This document shows, in pieces, positions 1 to 9,219 of a stretch of 34,637 nucleotides of DNA. This DNA comes from Cyanophyceae cyanobacterium (GTDB lineage: Bacteria > Cyanobacteriota > Cyanobacteriia > Cyanobacteriales > JBHJGN01), in contig JBHJGN010000072.1 of NCBI GenBank assembly GCA_050331735.1, forward strand, positions 1 through 34,637. The letters run 5' to 3'. The stretch's first letter is position 1. Each line of letters opens with the position of its first letter. A program made the position numbers and the translations under genes. The notes below the pieces were generated by a model that saw nothing but the letters and a program-made list of their open reading frames with translations, did not search any database and was not told where the DNA came from.

Positions 1-1
1 T

Positions 2-160
2 CGGATCTTTCGGCGGACGATGCACTCTCTCCGTTAAAGAAAATCCAGGATTAGCAATTAACCTCCCTAACGCCGGAAAATACCTTGCAGCGCCAATCCC
101 TTCGTAGCCTCGAATTTGATCCACTGTCGCCGCTTTTTCTGCACCACTAAGCACTAACAG
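2..160 (-). pseudogene. cas1: 5'-truncated CRISPR-associated endonuclease Cas1 fragment; runs off the left edge
   Basis: Manual minus-strand translation gives LLVLSGAEKAATVDQIRGYEGIGAARYFPALGRLIANPGFSLTERVHRPPKDP. This contains the Cas1 RGxEGxxAxxYF and RxxRPPxDP motifs. An in-frame TAA at 161-163 leaves no N-terminal domain. Confidence 0.85.
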
Positions 161-1145
161 TTATTTGAGGTGCTTCTACTTTGATTTGACTACCTTCTCC
201 TGAATCATTATTAGAAATAATAAAAAGCTAAGTGGACAAATCCGCAAAACCAATATCAGCGCTAGTGCCATCTAATTCAAAAGACTCAGAAGCAATAACT
301 TCTAAATTAGCCGCCTGACCGCCGAATTCATTACCTATTCGGCTACCTTCAATTAGACTGATGTTTCTACCTATTGCCTGAATACTGCCAGAATTTTCAC
401 CAAAACTATACACATAAGCGGCAAAATTAAGATTGATATCTCGAAAATTAGCTACATCCTTATAGCTTAGATCAAAGCCTTGTTCTATTTCCGTTATGCT
501 TGCTGTACTATTAGCACCGACGCTACCTAGTTCGATACGCCCTCTTGAAGACAAAAAGCCTCCTTCTATAGATACATTTCCTCCAATTAAAGCAAGGGTT
601 TCCTCAGCAGCTACTCTTAGTCCAACTAGATCTATAAAGTTAGTATTTTTATCAAAAATAGAACGATTAATAATATTTCCTGGATTATTTATAAAATCAA
701 GTCCAATCGGAGCGCTGATGGTTAATAGTGGCTTTGTTTGTGTATCAGTCGCGCTAAACTCTATCCCATCAGGGAATAAAATACTATTAGCAGTACTTCC
801 TAAGAAGGAACCACCGAGATTTAAACTTGCACCTTCACCAAAGATAATTCCTGCGGGGTTGATTAAAAATAAGTTCGCGCTACCCCTAGCACCAAGTAAG
901 CCGTTAATTTCTGAAATGTTGCCGCCTGTAACTCTAGAAAATATGTTTCGGATGACATCAGCATTATTAAAAACTGCCGAACCACCGTCCGGTACAGAAA
1001 AATCCTGAAAACTATGAAATAAGTTGCTGCCAGCGCGATTGCCTCGATTAATAGTATAATTACTTCCATTGGTATTCACTGTTGTTGATGTAGTCCCATC
1101 GGGGACAACTTGAGCATTGGCAACAGCAGAGATTGAATCAAAGCC
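147..1145 (-). pseudogene. Filamentous haemagglutinin (TPS/haemagglutination-activity domain) protein, disrupted at both ends
   Basis: Motifs NLFHSFQDFSV, NIFSRVTGG and ANLFLINPAGIIFG. The frame is open upstream as GFDSISAVANAQVVPDGTT (end of a signal peptide) with no ATG before TGA at 1146-1148. A TAG at 228-230 is followed by FHA-like LFIISNNDSGEGSQIKVEAPQITVSA and a second stop at 147-149. Confidence 0.85.
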
Positions 1146-1607
1146 TCACTCATGCTCTCTCGATAAAGCACGATATCTGGATCGTGGCGATGTCTCTGTA
1201 AAAAAAAGAGCTTGGGCAAACTTCTGAATAAAAGGATCGCTCTGCATAATCAACACTTTTTCCGCCGACTTAAGATTTAATCTTGCTCGGGGAAACATCA
1301 TATAGGCATAGCACAAGCGATCGCCCTGATAGTAACTTTCTAACACTGTAGCTGGAGGCAAAAAAGAGAAATCCCCTGGAATTACTGCACCTTGATAACC
1401 GTGCTTGCCATCTCCTACAACTTCAAAAGTAGATAGTTGCGCCCCAAAGTTAATAACTAGACAAGGATCGGAATAGCTTTCTCGATAGCTAATACCCTCA
1501 AGAGGAGCTTCTGTTGCCAACTTCATAGTAAACTCTGGTGTTTCTAGTAAATCAGTTTGCAAAGTAAAATCAGACTCTGGTTCAGCACTTTGAAATTGGT
1601 CTGACAT
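1076..1607 (-). pseudogene. AraC-family regulator N-terminal remnant, frameshifted and lacking the HTH domains
   Basis: Strong SD (GAGGAGGAGG) before the ATG at 1607. PGDFSFLPP and DPFIQKFAQAL resemble cyanobacterial AraC N-domains. Removing one A from the A8 run (1200-1207) restores LFLQRHRHDPDIVLYRESMSEALIQSLLL, which resembles the LYxESxxxAL linker. No HTH follows. Confidence 0.6.
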
Positions 1608-1706
1608 ATGCTCTTCCTCCTCCTCTCAGCATCTGATATTTACTACTTTTGTCTCATTTAATTGAATAATGTAACGCTTTTCTACTTAGTATTGGCGCAG
1701 GTGAAT

Positions 1707-2024
1707 CTATAGTTTTGATGCCACTGCACTGAGATAACTAGAGTTATTTCTTGTATCTTTAGGCAAAAGTTTAGCAGCAATTTCAGCCCGCACACTTTCT
1801 TTGGCATTGATTTGACTCAATACGTAGTCAGAAGTTGAAGAGATTCCCGGTGCTCGAAATCGACCTCGCTGCGCCATAGTGACAAGATTACCGGGAGCGA
1901 TTCGACGAACAGAAGTTTCACTGACTGTATGAAAGTTGTAGGTAATTGGTTTTGCTTGGGATATAAAATGAATAAGAATGACGAAAGTTAATGTAGTCAA
2001 TCTAGTTAATAAAAAGTGGTTCAT
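1707..2024 (-). CDS. Small secreted cyanobacterial hypothetical protein, possibly degenerate
   Basis: Hydrophobic signal-like N-terminus (MNHFLLTRLTTLTFVILIHF). PGNLVTMAQRGRF...GI and ...YLSAVASKL recall a cyanobacterial hypothetical family (from memory only). Confidence 0.45.
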   Translation of the reverse strand: MNHFLLTRLTTLTFVILIHFISQAKPITYNFHTVSETSVRRIAPGNLVTMAQRGRFRAPGISSTSDYVLSQINAKESVRAEIAAKLLPKDTRNNSSYLSAVASKL

Positions 2025-2424
2025 TTTTTTCTGCTTTCCAGTTAACAAAACTCAATCTAGATAAGAATTTAAGAGGGACATAGAAGTAAAATTCATGAAT
2101 CGTTGTCATTCCCCCACGTTGGCAATAGAAACAGTAAAAGTTGTAGCTGTGCAAATGCTGAATGCTAGTGGAAGGGCGATAGCGACTACAACGGAGTTGG
2201 AACATAGCTGCACTGGGGCGCTCTATGAACGCGTCTAGCGGTCCAGGTTTAGCCTGCAAAAAAAAGGACTGTACGAGAATACGTCCAGCCTAGCTTGCCA
2301 GTGCGAGAACCTCGGGCTACTGAAAACAGCTAGCTCAGCGTAGCGGCTAGCTGTAGTTTATCTCTCACTTGACGCTGCACTCGATACAATAGGTAGCAAC
2401 CTTCCACAACAGCTTAGAGAGATT

Positions 2425-3186
2425 ATGCCGACGACAGCAGTAGATTCCTCCCAGCAAGAGCAAGATACTTTTCTTGATGAGATTCCTAACGAAGCAGAAA
2501 TGTCTTTGTTCGATCATCTTGAAGAATTGCGCCAGAGAATCTTTTATTCCTTGATTGGTGCGGTCATCGGGGTTATTGGCTGTTTCGTTTTTGTCAGGCC
2601 GATTGTACAGCTTCTAGAAGCCCCAGCAAAGGGTGTTAAGTTTCTTCAGCTTGCTCCTGGAGAATTTTTCTTTGTCTCGATTAAAGTAGCTGGGTACAGC
2701 GGCTTGCTGGTGACGAGTCCGTTTATTCTGTATCAGATTATTCAATTTGTCCTGCCGGGTTTAACGCGACGGGAACGCCGTTTACTTGGACCTGTCGTGC
2801 TGGGGTCGAGCGTACTTTTCTTCGCCGGACTTGGTTTTGCCTACGTTGCTCTGATTCCGGCAGCGCTGAAGTTTTTTATCAGCTACGGCGCTGATGTTGT
2901 CGAACAGGCTTGGTCGATTGACCGCTACTTTGAATTTGTGCTGCTGCTGCTGTTTAGTACCGGGCTGGCGTTTCAGATTCCCATTATTCAGGTGGTGCTG
3001 GGTTTTTTAGGCATTGTTTCCTCTAAGCAAATGCTCTCGGGGTGGCGCTACGTTGTTCTGGGGGCTGTTGTTCTCGGCGCTGTTTTAACGCCCTCTACCG
3101 ATCCGCTTACCCAGTCTCTGTTGGCAGGAGCGGTATTAGGTCTTTACTTCGGCGGCATCGGGATGGTGAAGCTGCTGGGACGTTAA
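2425..3186 (+). CDS. tatC: Twin-arginine translocase subunit TatC
   Basis: [36 protein letters not shown] and AVLTPSTDP motifs; about six TM segments. Confidence 0.97.
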   Translation: MPTTAVDSSQQEQDTFLDEIPNEAEMSLFDHLEELRQRIFYSLIGAVIGVIGCFVFVRPIVQLLEAPAKGVKFLQLAPGEFFFVSIKVAGYSGLLVTSPFILYQIIQFVLPGLTRRERRLLGPVVLGSSVLFFAGLGFAYVALIPAALKFFISYGADVVEQAWSIDRYFEFVLLLLFSTGLAFQIPIIQVVLGFLGIVSSKQMLSGWRYVVLGAVVLGAVLTPSTDPLTQSLLAGAVLGLYFGGIGMVKLLGR

Positions 3187-3224
3187 TCCTCAAGGTTGAC
3201 TGGTTAAATTTAGGTTAATAGATT

Positions 3225-3288
3225 GGGGAAAAGGGAAGGGAAAGCAGCTTTCGCTGCGGGAAAAGGGGAAGGGGGAAAGGGGAAAGGG
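3225..3288 (+). repeat. GGGGAAA-type short tandem repeat with embedded hairpin GCAGC-TTTC-GCTGC (3244-3257)
   Basis: Read directly from the sequence; lies between convergent tatC and the DUF3067 gene. Confidence 0.85.
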
Positions 3289-3437
3289 CTAATGATTTAG
3301 CCGCTCAGAAGACTCTTTCCCTACTCTGTGCTGTACTCGGGGATGACTTGCAGTAGTCAGGGGACTACTCGCCATCAACTATTAACAATCAATAAAAATC
3401 TAGGGTATAAAACGACCTCTCTTTCGCTCAAAAATCA

Positions 3438-3755
3438 CTACAGGTCGTCTAAAATCCACTCTGATGCTCGTTCGCCGAGGTCAAGAGGAATGCTCACGGC
3501 TTTGCCGAGGCGGGGGCGATCGCGGGTTGCTTGGATGTACTCTTTCACCTGCTCACCTCCTCCCCACGCATTAAGATAGCTGGAAACCGCGTCGAGATGC
3601 TCTAGGTAATCGGCTTCTGAGAGGGGAAAAGAAGCTTGTTCTAAATACTTCCACATCACCTGGAGAAAAATGCGTCCCTTAATGCGTCGTACCTGAATGT
3701 CGTAGGAGTACCCCCACTTGTCTAGCAAGAGCTGATGTAGCTCATCTCCTGTCAT
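3438..3755 (-). CDS. DUF3067-family conserved cyanobacterial protein
   Basis: KWGYSYD, LQVMWKYLEQASFPLSE and RPRLGKAVSIPLDLG; divergent from petC. Confidence 0.88.
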   Translation of the reverse strand: MTGDELHQLLLDKWGYSYDIQVRRIKGRIFLQVMWKYLEQASFPLSEADYLEHLDAVSSYLNAWGGGEQVKEYIQATRDRPRLGKAVSIPLDLGERASEWILDDL

Positions 3756-4051
3756 ACCGAGTCGTTGATTCGAGGACTGTATGCCAATATTATGTCATGC
3801 CATAGCTCCGGTCACGAGCAGCGAGCGCTGTTCCCTGAGCCCTCAAAGTCGTGGCTGATTTTTCCTCTAGCTACGGGTCAGTTCAATGCTAGAATTTATT
3901 TTTGTAATAATTTAATACAAACTTTCTCAAAGTTCTTCAAGGAGAGTGGTTTCGCTGAATCTTGGTAGTCAGTTTCTACTGGGCAATTCAGCAGAATTTG
4001 AGAGAATTCTGATACCTTACAGAATATACAAATCTATAAATACGATCAGCC

Positions 4052-4591
4052 ATGGCTCAACTTTCTGAATCCAATGTTCCCGGGATGGGGCGGCGGCAAT
4101 TTATGAACCTGCTTACCTTTGGCTCCATTACGGGGGTCGCTTTAGGAGCGTTGTATCCAGTCGTTAAGTATTTTATTCCCCCGGCTAGCGGGGGGGCTGG
4201 CGGGGGCGTCACCGCCAAAGACGAGTTAGGAAAAGACGTTTTAGCAAGCGAATATTTGGCCAGTCACGGTCCGGGGGCTCGTACCCTCGCTCAAGGGCTC
4301 AAAGGCGATCCGACCTACATCGTCGTCACTGAAGACAGTGAAATCGCCGACTACGGCATCAACGCCGTTTGTACCCACCTAGGCTGTGTAGTTCCCTGGA
4401 ACGCTAGCGAGAACAAATTTGCCTGTCCCTGTCATGGGTCTCAGTACGACCAAACTGGTAAAGTCGTGCGCGGTCCTGCCCCTCTGTCTTTAGCGCTGGT
4501 TCATACCAACGTCACCGACGACGATCAGGTGGTCTTTACTCCCTGGGAAGAAACCGACTTTCGGACTGGGGAAAAGCCCTGGTGGACTTAG
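4052..4591 (+). CDS. petC: Cytochrome b6f Rieske iron-sulfur subunit
   Basis: Tat-type [22 protein letters not shown] and CPCHGS boxes, GPAPLSL. Confidence 0.98.
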   Translation: MAQLSESNVPGMGRRQFMNLLTFGSITGVALGALYPVVKYFIPPASGGAGGGVTAKDELGKDVLASEYLASHGPGARTLAQGLKGDPTYIVVTEDSEIADYGINAVCTHLGCVVPWNASENKFACPCHGSQYDQTGKVVRGPAPLSLALVHTNVTDDDQVVFTPWEETDFRTGEKPWWT

Positions 4592-4629
4592 AAACTTAAT
4601 TACTCGTGTTGAAACTTTAGTAGATTGAA

Positions 4630-5613
4630 ATGAGAACACTATCGTTAATAATGGGGCCTGTCTTGAAAAAAAGTATGACAGCCCTGGTGCTGAGTGCGAT
4701 CGCCACGGTGACTGTGTTTATCACCAGCGATCTCCTTATGCCTCAAGCAGCAGCAGCGTATCCATTTTGGGCGCAGGAAACAGCACCGGAAACTCCTCGC
4801 GAAGCCACTGGTCGCATTGTCTGTGCTAACTGTCACCTGGCTCAAAAGCCGGCAGAAGTAGAAATTCCTCAGTCAGTGCTGCCAGATTCTGTCTTTAAAG
4901 CCGTCGTTAAAATTCCCTACGATACCGATACTCAGCAGGTGTTGGGAGATGGTTCTCAAGGTGGCTTGAACGTGGGCGCTGTCCTGATGCTGCCCGAAGG
5001 CTTCAAGATTGCGCCCCCAGACCGCATTCCTGAAGAACTAGAGGAAGAAGTTGGTGGCGTTTACTTCCAGCCCTACCGGGAAGACATGGAAAACGTGGTG
5101 CTGGTCGGTCCTCTACCAGGAGAACAGTATCAGGAAATTGTCTTCCCCGTGCTTTCTCCTAACCCCGCCGAAGACAAAAATATTCGCTTTGGCAAATATC
5201 CCGTCCACCTTGGCGCTAACCGAGGACGAGGACAGGTCTATCCCACTGGAGAAGCCAGCAACAACACCGTCTACAGCGCTTCTAAAGCCGGAACCGTTGC
5301 TCAGATCAGCGAACAGGAAGCGGGCGGCTATGAGGTGCTCCTAGAAACCGAGAGCGGCAGTGTCACAGAAACAATTCCCCCTGGACCCGAACTTCTTGTT
5401 TCTGAAGGGCAAGCCATCGAAGCCGGACAAGCTCTCACCACTAATCCCAACGTGGGTGGATTCGGTCAGGAAGATACAGAAGTCGTTCTGCAAAGTCCTG
5501 CCCGGATTAAAGGATTGATGGCCTTCTTGGGCGCAGTGATGGTCGCTCAAGTGATGCTGGTGATTAAGAAAAAGCAGATAGAAAGAGTTCAAGCAGCAGA
5601 AATGAACTTCTAA
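4630..5613 (+). CDS. petA: Apocytochrome f
   Basis: Signal peptide, mature YPFWAQ, haem motif [17 protein letters not shown]-terminal TM anchor ending AEMNF. Confidence 0.98.
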   Translation: MRTLSLIMGPVLKKSMTALVLSAIATVTVFITSDLLMPQAAAAYPFWAQETAPETPREATGRIVCANCHLAQKPAEVEIPQSVLPDSVFKAVVKIPYDTDTQQVLGDGSQGGLNVGAVLMLPEGFKIAPPDRIPEELEEEVGGVYFQPYREDMENVVLVGPLPGEQYQEIVFPVLSPNPAEDKNIRFGKYPVHLGANRGRGQVYPTGEASNNTVYSASKAGTVAQISEQEAGGYEVLLETESGSVTETIPPGPELLVSEGQAIEAGQALTTNPNVGGFGQEDTEVVLQSPARIKGLMAFLGAVMVAQVMLVIKKKQIERVQAAEMNF

Positions 5614-5637
5614 CCACTATTTCATTTAGCACCCTCT

Positions 5638-5665
5638 AAGGACAGGCACTATGCCTGTCCTTTTT
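5638..5665 (+). terminator. Intrinsic terminator of petC-petA
   Basis: AAGGACAGGCA-CTA-TGCCTGTCCTT perfect stem followed by a T run, about 25 nt after the petA stop. Confidence 0.9.
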
Positions 5666-5685
5666 GTTAGAGAATAGAGCGAGCC

Positions 5686-5837
5686 AATAAATTTTAGTAT
5701 AAGAAATTCTAATTCCTTAAGTTTTCCCCAGTTTAATCGTTTGATTCCACAGCCCGACGGGAGTTTTCCCCAGTTTTGAGAGAGTTATCAACAGGTCGGC
5801 ATGAAGCAACAGGAACGAACCGCATCACTGTGGAATC
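5686..5837. promoter_or_regulatory. AT-rich tract plus phased array of DnaA-box-like 9-mers
   Basis: TTTTCCCCA (5722), GATTCCACA (5743), TTTTCCCCA (5764) and TTATCAACA (5785) start exactly 21 bp apart and each is followed by G. An inverted copy TGTGGAATC lies at 5829-5837. Confidence 0.55.
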
Positions 5838-5988
5838 TGAATGAGGTCAAGCCCAGGTAACGCTCCAGATTTCAGGCAAAATATTCTGTTTTATCATAAA
5901 CATCACGCTCAGAAATTAGTGGCTGAGGCAGATCCCTGAACAGCTTCTAATTTGTGGCGCTCCTTAAAAACAACTTTAAGATTTAACC

Positions 5989-6255
5989 ATGCTGCAAGGT
6001 TCTCCTATCTCGCTCTATGTTGAAGTCCCAGAACAACTGTACGACCACTTACAGCTTTTTCTGGATAATAATACCAGTTGGGACGTAGATCAGGTGATGA
6101 CGATCGCACTCGCTCAATTCCTCAAAGGGAAAGAGAAAGAGCCGCTTCAAAAGTCAAGTCATCAGTCCGCTGCAACCGCACCGCGTCGGACTTCATCCCT
6201 CGCGAAAACAGCAGGGCTGGATATCGGCGGATCGCTGTTACAAAAATGGAAATAG
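5989..6255 (+). CDS. DUF2811-family small protein
   Basis: ISLYVEVPEQLYDHLQLFLD...WDVDQVMTIALAQFL matches the DUF2811 pattern; low-complexity tail. Confidence 0.75.
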   Translation: MLQGSPISLYVEVPEQLYDHLQLFLDNNTSWDVDQVMTIALAQFLKGKEKEPLQKSSHQSAATAPRRTSSLAKTAGLDIGGSLLQKWK

Positions 6256-6570
6256 GTGTTTCCCATTGCCGTTGCCAAACGAGCGCTCCAATGTTTCAGA
6301 TGGAAGCGAAAAACTATCCGATCTGAGCGATGCTGCATAAATCTATCCGGTTCACATCTGCAATGCGAGCAACGTCTGCTTTGATGGCGACAGTCATTGG
6401 TATGCTTAGCAAAATCAGCACCAAGATTAAAGCGCGATTGAGCGCTGCGTCTGCTACAAAGCGATCGCCATCAATGTATTTTAAGGAGTCTTGCTGTACT
6501 TACGACTAGACAAAACTCTCTGGGTAAGCACAATCCGCTTTCGATTTCTGAGCGGTTATTGATTAGAGCT

Positions 6571-6623
6571 TTCTCATGAAATATTTCTAATTTAATCTTC
6601 ATGCTTCTTCACCGACTCCTCAC
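6571..6623 (+). promoter_or_regulatory. Degenerate direct repeats at 10-11 bp spacing upstream of the glycosyltransferase cluster; candidate OmpR-type sites
   Basis: TTCTCAT (6571), TTCTAAT (6585), TCTTCAT (6596), TCTTCAC (6606), TCCTCAC (6617). Confidence 0.35.
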
Positions 6624-6682
6624 ATCTACCTTACGGAGGACCGTCATTGTAGTAAGCAGTGAGAAGCATCAAGGTTAAAACG

Positions 6683-7957
6683 ATGAAATTAATGGTCTAT
6701 TCCCATGATGCGTTTGGTCTGGGAAACATCCGCAGAATGATGGCAATTTGCCACTACCTGCTCGATACCGTTCCTAACCTCTCGGTATTACTAGTTTCTG
6801 GGTCACCCGTCCTGCATAGCTTTCGGATGCATCAAGGACTAGACTATGTAAAAATTCCCTGCTTAGGACGCAACGAACACGGAAGATTAGCGACCAAATA
6901 TTTGCAAACAGAGGTAGACGATACGGTAACGCTGCGCGCAGAACTGCTCAAAACCGCCGCCGCTAATTTCCGCCCTGATGCGTTAATGGTTGACAAAAAA
7001 CCCTACGGCTTGATGGGGGAGCTCAAGCAAACTTTGAGCTCCCTCAAAACTCATCTGCCACAGACCAAGCTGATTTTATTGCTCAGAGATATTTTAGATG
7101 CTCCAGCAGCCACGATCGCAGACTGGCAGGCCCACAATTACTACCAGGTTCTCGCCGAACTGTATGATCGCATTTTAGTGGTGGGAACGCCAGAGATTTT
7201 CGACCCCATTGTGGAGTATCAGTTTCCTGATGCAGTTGCTGAGAAGGTCCGCTTTTGCAGCTATATCCGCAGAGAACTGGGACTCAAATCGCCGCATCAA
7301 CTGCGACAAGAACTCCGAGTCCAGCCGGGTGAGCGCTTAGTGCTGGTGACTCCTGGCGGGGGTGGAGATGGCTACCGCTTGGTGGACACCTATATTAAGG
7401 GCTTGTCTGGGTTGGCCACTCAGCAAAGGATTAAAAGCTTTATTGTTTTTGGGCCGGAAATGCCGCGATTGCAGCGAGAGGAACTCCTCGAAGCCGTTCA
7501 CCATCACCCTAACGTGCAGCTTTATGAATTCACCGACGACATTGCTAGCTACATGGAAGCAGCCGATGTTGTTGTTTCAATGGGCGGATATAACACCATC
7601 TGTGAAATTCTGACCCTCAACAAGCGCGCCGTCGTGGTTCCTCGCATTCGGCCAGTGGAGGAGCAGTGGATTCGAGCCCAGCGGATGGCCAACCTTAATC
7701 TATTTAAGGTGATTCATCCCGAGCGACTCACTCCAGAAAACTTAAAAGAGGGTGTGTTGGCCCAGTTAGACAGCAGCGCACCTCCGTCTTTCCAGGAGCA
7801 TTTGAACGCTCTCCCCCGAATTGAACAAGAGATTTATCGGCTGTTGCTGCCGAAAGTTTCTCCTCAACTGTATCGCCCACCGTTTAGCCATCGTCAACAA
7901 GCCGCTACGGAATTTTTAAACTATCCCCAGGCGATCGCCACCCCGATTCAATCTTAA
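6683..7957 (+). CDS. Predicted glycosyltransferase, COG4671/GT28-like (paralog 1)
   Basis: YSHDAFGLGNIRR, LRDILD, VTPGGGGDG and ADVVVSMGGYNTICE...EQWIRA. The ATG at 6683 is preferred to the GTG at 6659. Confidence 0.88.
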   Translation: MKLMVYSHDAFGLGNIRRMMAICHYLLDTVPNLSVLLVSGSPVLHSFRMHQGLDYVKIPCLGRNEHGRLATKYLQTEVDDTVTLRAELLKTAAANFRPDALMVDKKPYGLMGELKQTLSSLKTHLPQTKLILLLRDILDAPAATIADWQAHNYYQVLAELYDRILVVGTPEIFDPIVEYQFPDAVAEKVRFCSYIRRELGLKSPHQLRQELRVQPGERLVLVTPGGGGDGYRLVDTYIKGLSGLATQQRIKSFIVFGPEMPRLQREELLEAVHHHPNVQLYEFTDDIASYMEAADVVVSMGGYNTICEILTLNKRAVVVPRIRPVEEQWIRAQRMANLNLFKVIHPERLTPENLKEGVLAQLDSSAPPSFQEHLNALPRIEQEIYRLLLPKVSPQLYRPPFSHRQQAATEFLNYPQAIATPIQS

Positions 7958-9147
7958 TGGCTAGCCCAGAAGTTCGAGGAATGACACTGATGAAAATTAT
8001 GTTTTATTGCCAGCACATTCTCGGTATCGGACACTTAATCCGCAGCATCGAAATTGTGCGCGGGTTTGGGCAAGACCAAGTGTGCTTTATCAACGGCGGT
8101 CAAGTGATTGAAGGATTTCCCGTACCTGAAGGGGTAGAACTAATTAATATTCCGGCCATCAAAACCGATCCAGAATTTCAAGAGCTCTATGCGGTCGATC
8201 CGGCCCTCGACTTAGAACAGGTGAAGGAACTCCGCACCGAGCAACTGCTACAAGCCTTCGACCGATTCGAGCCAGATGTTTTGCTGGTAGAGCTATTTCC
8301 CTTCGGCAGACGGCGCTTTTCCTTTGAGCTAATTCCCCTCCTAGAGCGAGCTCAAGCTGCCGGAACTAAAATTGTGTCCAGCCTGCGCGATATTGTTGTC
8401 ACTAAGCAAGACCGACAGCGCCACGAAGAGAAAATCTGTCGGCTGATGAATCAGTACTTTGATATGCTGCTGATTCATGGCGATCCGAATCTGATTGGCA
8501 TTGAGGCCAGCTTTTCGCGCACTCAAGACCTCAACTGCGAAATGCACTACACCGGGTACGTTGTCCAACCGCTGCCCGACCCTTCTGCTACACCGAGCGA
8601 TCTCCCTCTCATCCTCGTCAGCGCTGGCGGCGGTCGCTTCGGTCACGAGCTGCTCGAGTGTGTTGCTCACGCCAGTGCCTATTTAGAGGATACCATTCCC
8701 CATCACATTCAGATGTTCGCCGGTCCGTTCTCGCCCGATGCGGTGTACTCCCGGCTTCAGGAACTCGCCTCGCAGCGGCGCAATCTGACCGTGGAGCGCT
8801 ACACTCCCAACCTGCTGGAATACATGCGCCGCGCCGAGCTTTCCATTAGCATGGCGGGCTACAATACCACCCTCAATATCCTCAGTACCGGAGTGCGGGC
8901 AATGCTGCTGCCCTTTGCCGGTAACGGCGACCAGGAGCAAACCCTGCGCTCCGGGCGGCTAGAGGAGTTAGGCGTTGTCCAGGTGATTCGCCCAGCGGAG
9001 CTAACGCCTGAGCGGTTCGCCCAAAAAGTCATTGCCAGCCTGAGCCAGCAACCCACTCCCCACAGCTTCGATTTGCAGGGCGTTGGGAAGACCGTGGCGC
9101 GGGTGCGATCGCTTGCTCAACAGCCAGCCCCAACTACCATTTTGTAG
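7957..9147 (+). CDS. Predicted glycosyltransferase, COG4671/GT28-like (paralog 2)
   Basis: YCQHILGIGHLIRS, ELFPFGRRRF, SLRDI, VSAGGGRFG and SMAGYNT...EQ. TAATG overlap with the upstream gene; alternative start at 7990. Confidence 0.88.
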   Translation: MASPEVRGMTLMKIMFYCQHILGIGHLIRSIEIVRGFGQDQVCFINGGQVIEGFPVPEGVELINIPAIKTDPEFQELYAVDPALDLEQVKELRTEQLLQAFDRFEPDVLLVELFPFGRRRFSFELIPLLERAQAAGTKIVSSLRDIVVTKQDRQRHEEKICRLMNQYFDMLLIHGDPNLIGIEASFSRTQDLNCEMHYTGYVVQPLPDPSATPSDLPLILVSAGGGRFGHELLECVAHASAYLEDTIPHHIQMFAGPFSPDAVYSRLQELASQRRNLTVERYTPNLLEYMRRAELSISMAGYNTTLNILSTGVRAMLLPFAGNGDQEQTLRSGRLEELGVVQVIRPAELTPERFAQKVIASLSQQPTPHSFDLQGVGKTVARVRSLAQQPAPTTIL

Positions 9148-9219
9148 CGGCGTTTCAGCGTGAATAAAAAACAATCAGCCATCAACAATCAACAGAAAAC
9201 ATCGTCGGAGGAATCAATT

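Noticed and set aside
496..1008. 170-aa plus-strand ORF and the many other antisense or alternate-frame ORFs inside real genes (e.g. 16378-16956, 19703-20152, 20210-20674, 27711-28160, 29571-30005)
   Set aside because: Shadow ORFs of well-supported genes with no recognisable motifs.
1671..1685. NtcA site (also considered at 3904-3918)
   Set aside because: Spacing is GTA-N9-TAC, not N8.
2002..2340. Short ORFs and a hydrophobic minus-strand stretch (VVVAIALPLAFSIC) upstream of tatC
   Set aside because: No clear start or homology; could be another remnant but cannot be supported.
5720..5795. 21-bp periodic repeats as a CRISPR array, given the cas1 fragment
   Set aside because: The conserved unit is only 9-15 bp and the period 21 bp, far too short for repeat plus spacer.
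6260..6510. Hydrophobic minus-strand frame (ALILVLILLSIPMTVAI) and the 6078-6326 ORF
   Set aside because: No start codon after the upstream stop and no family match.
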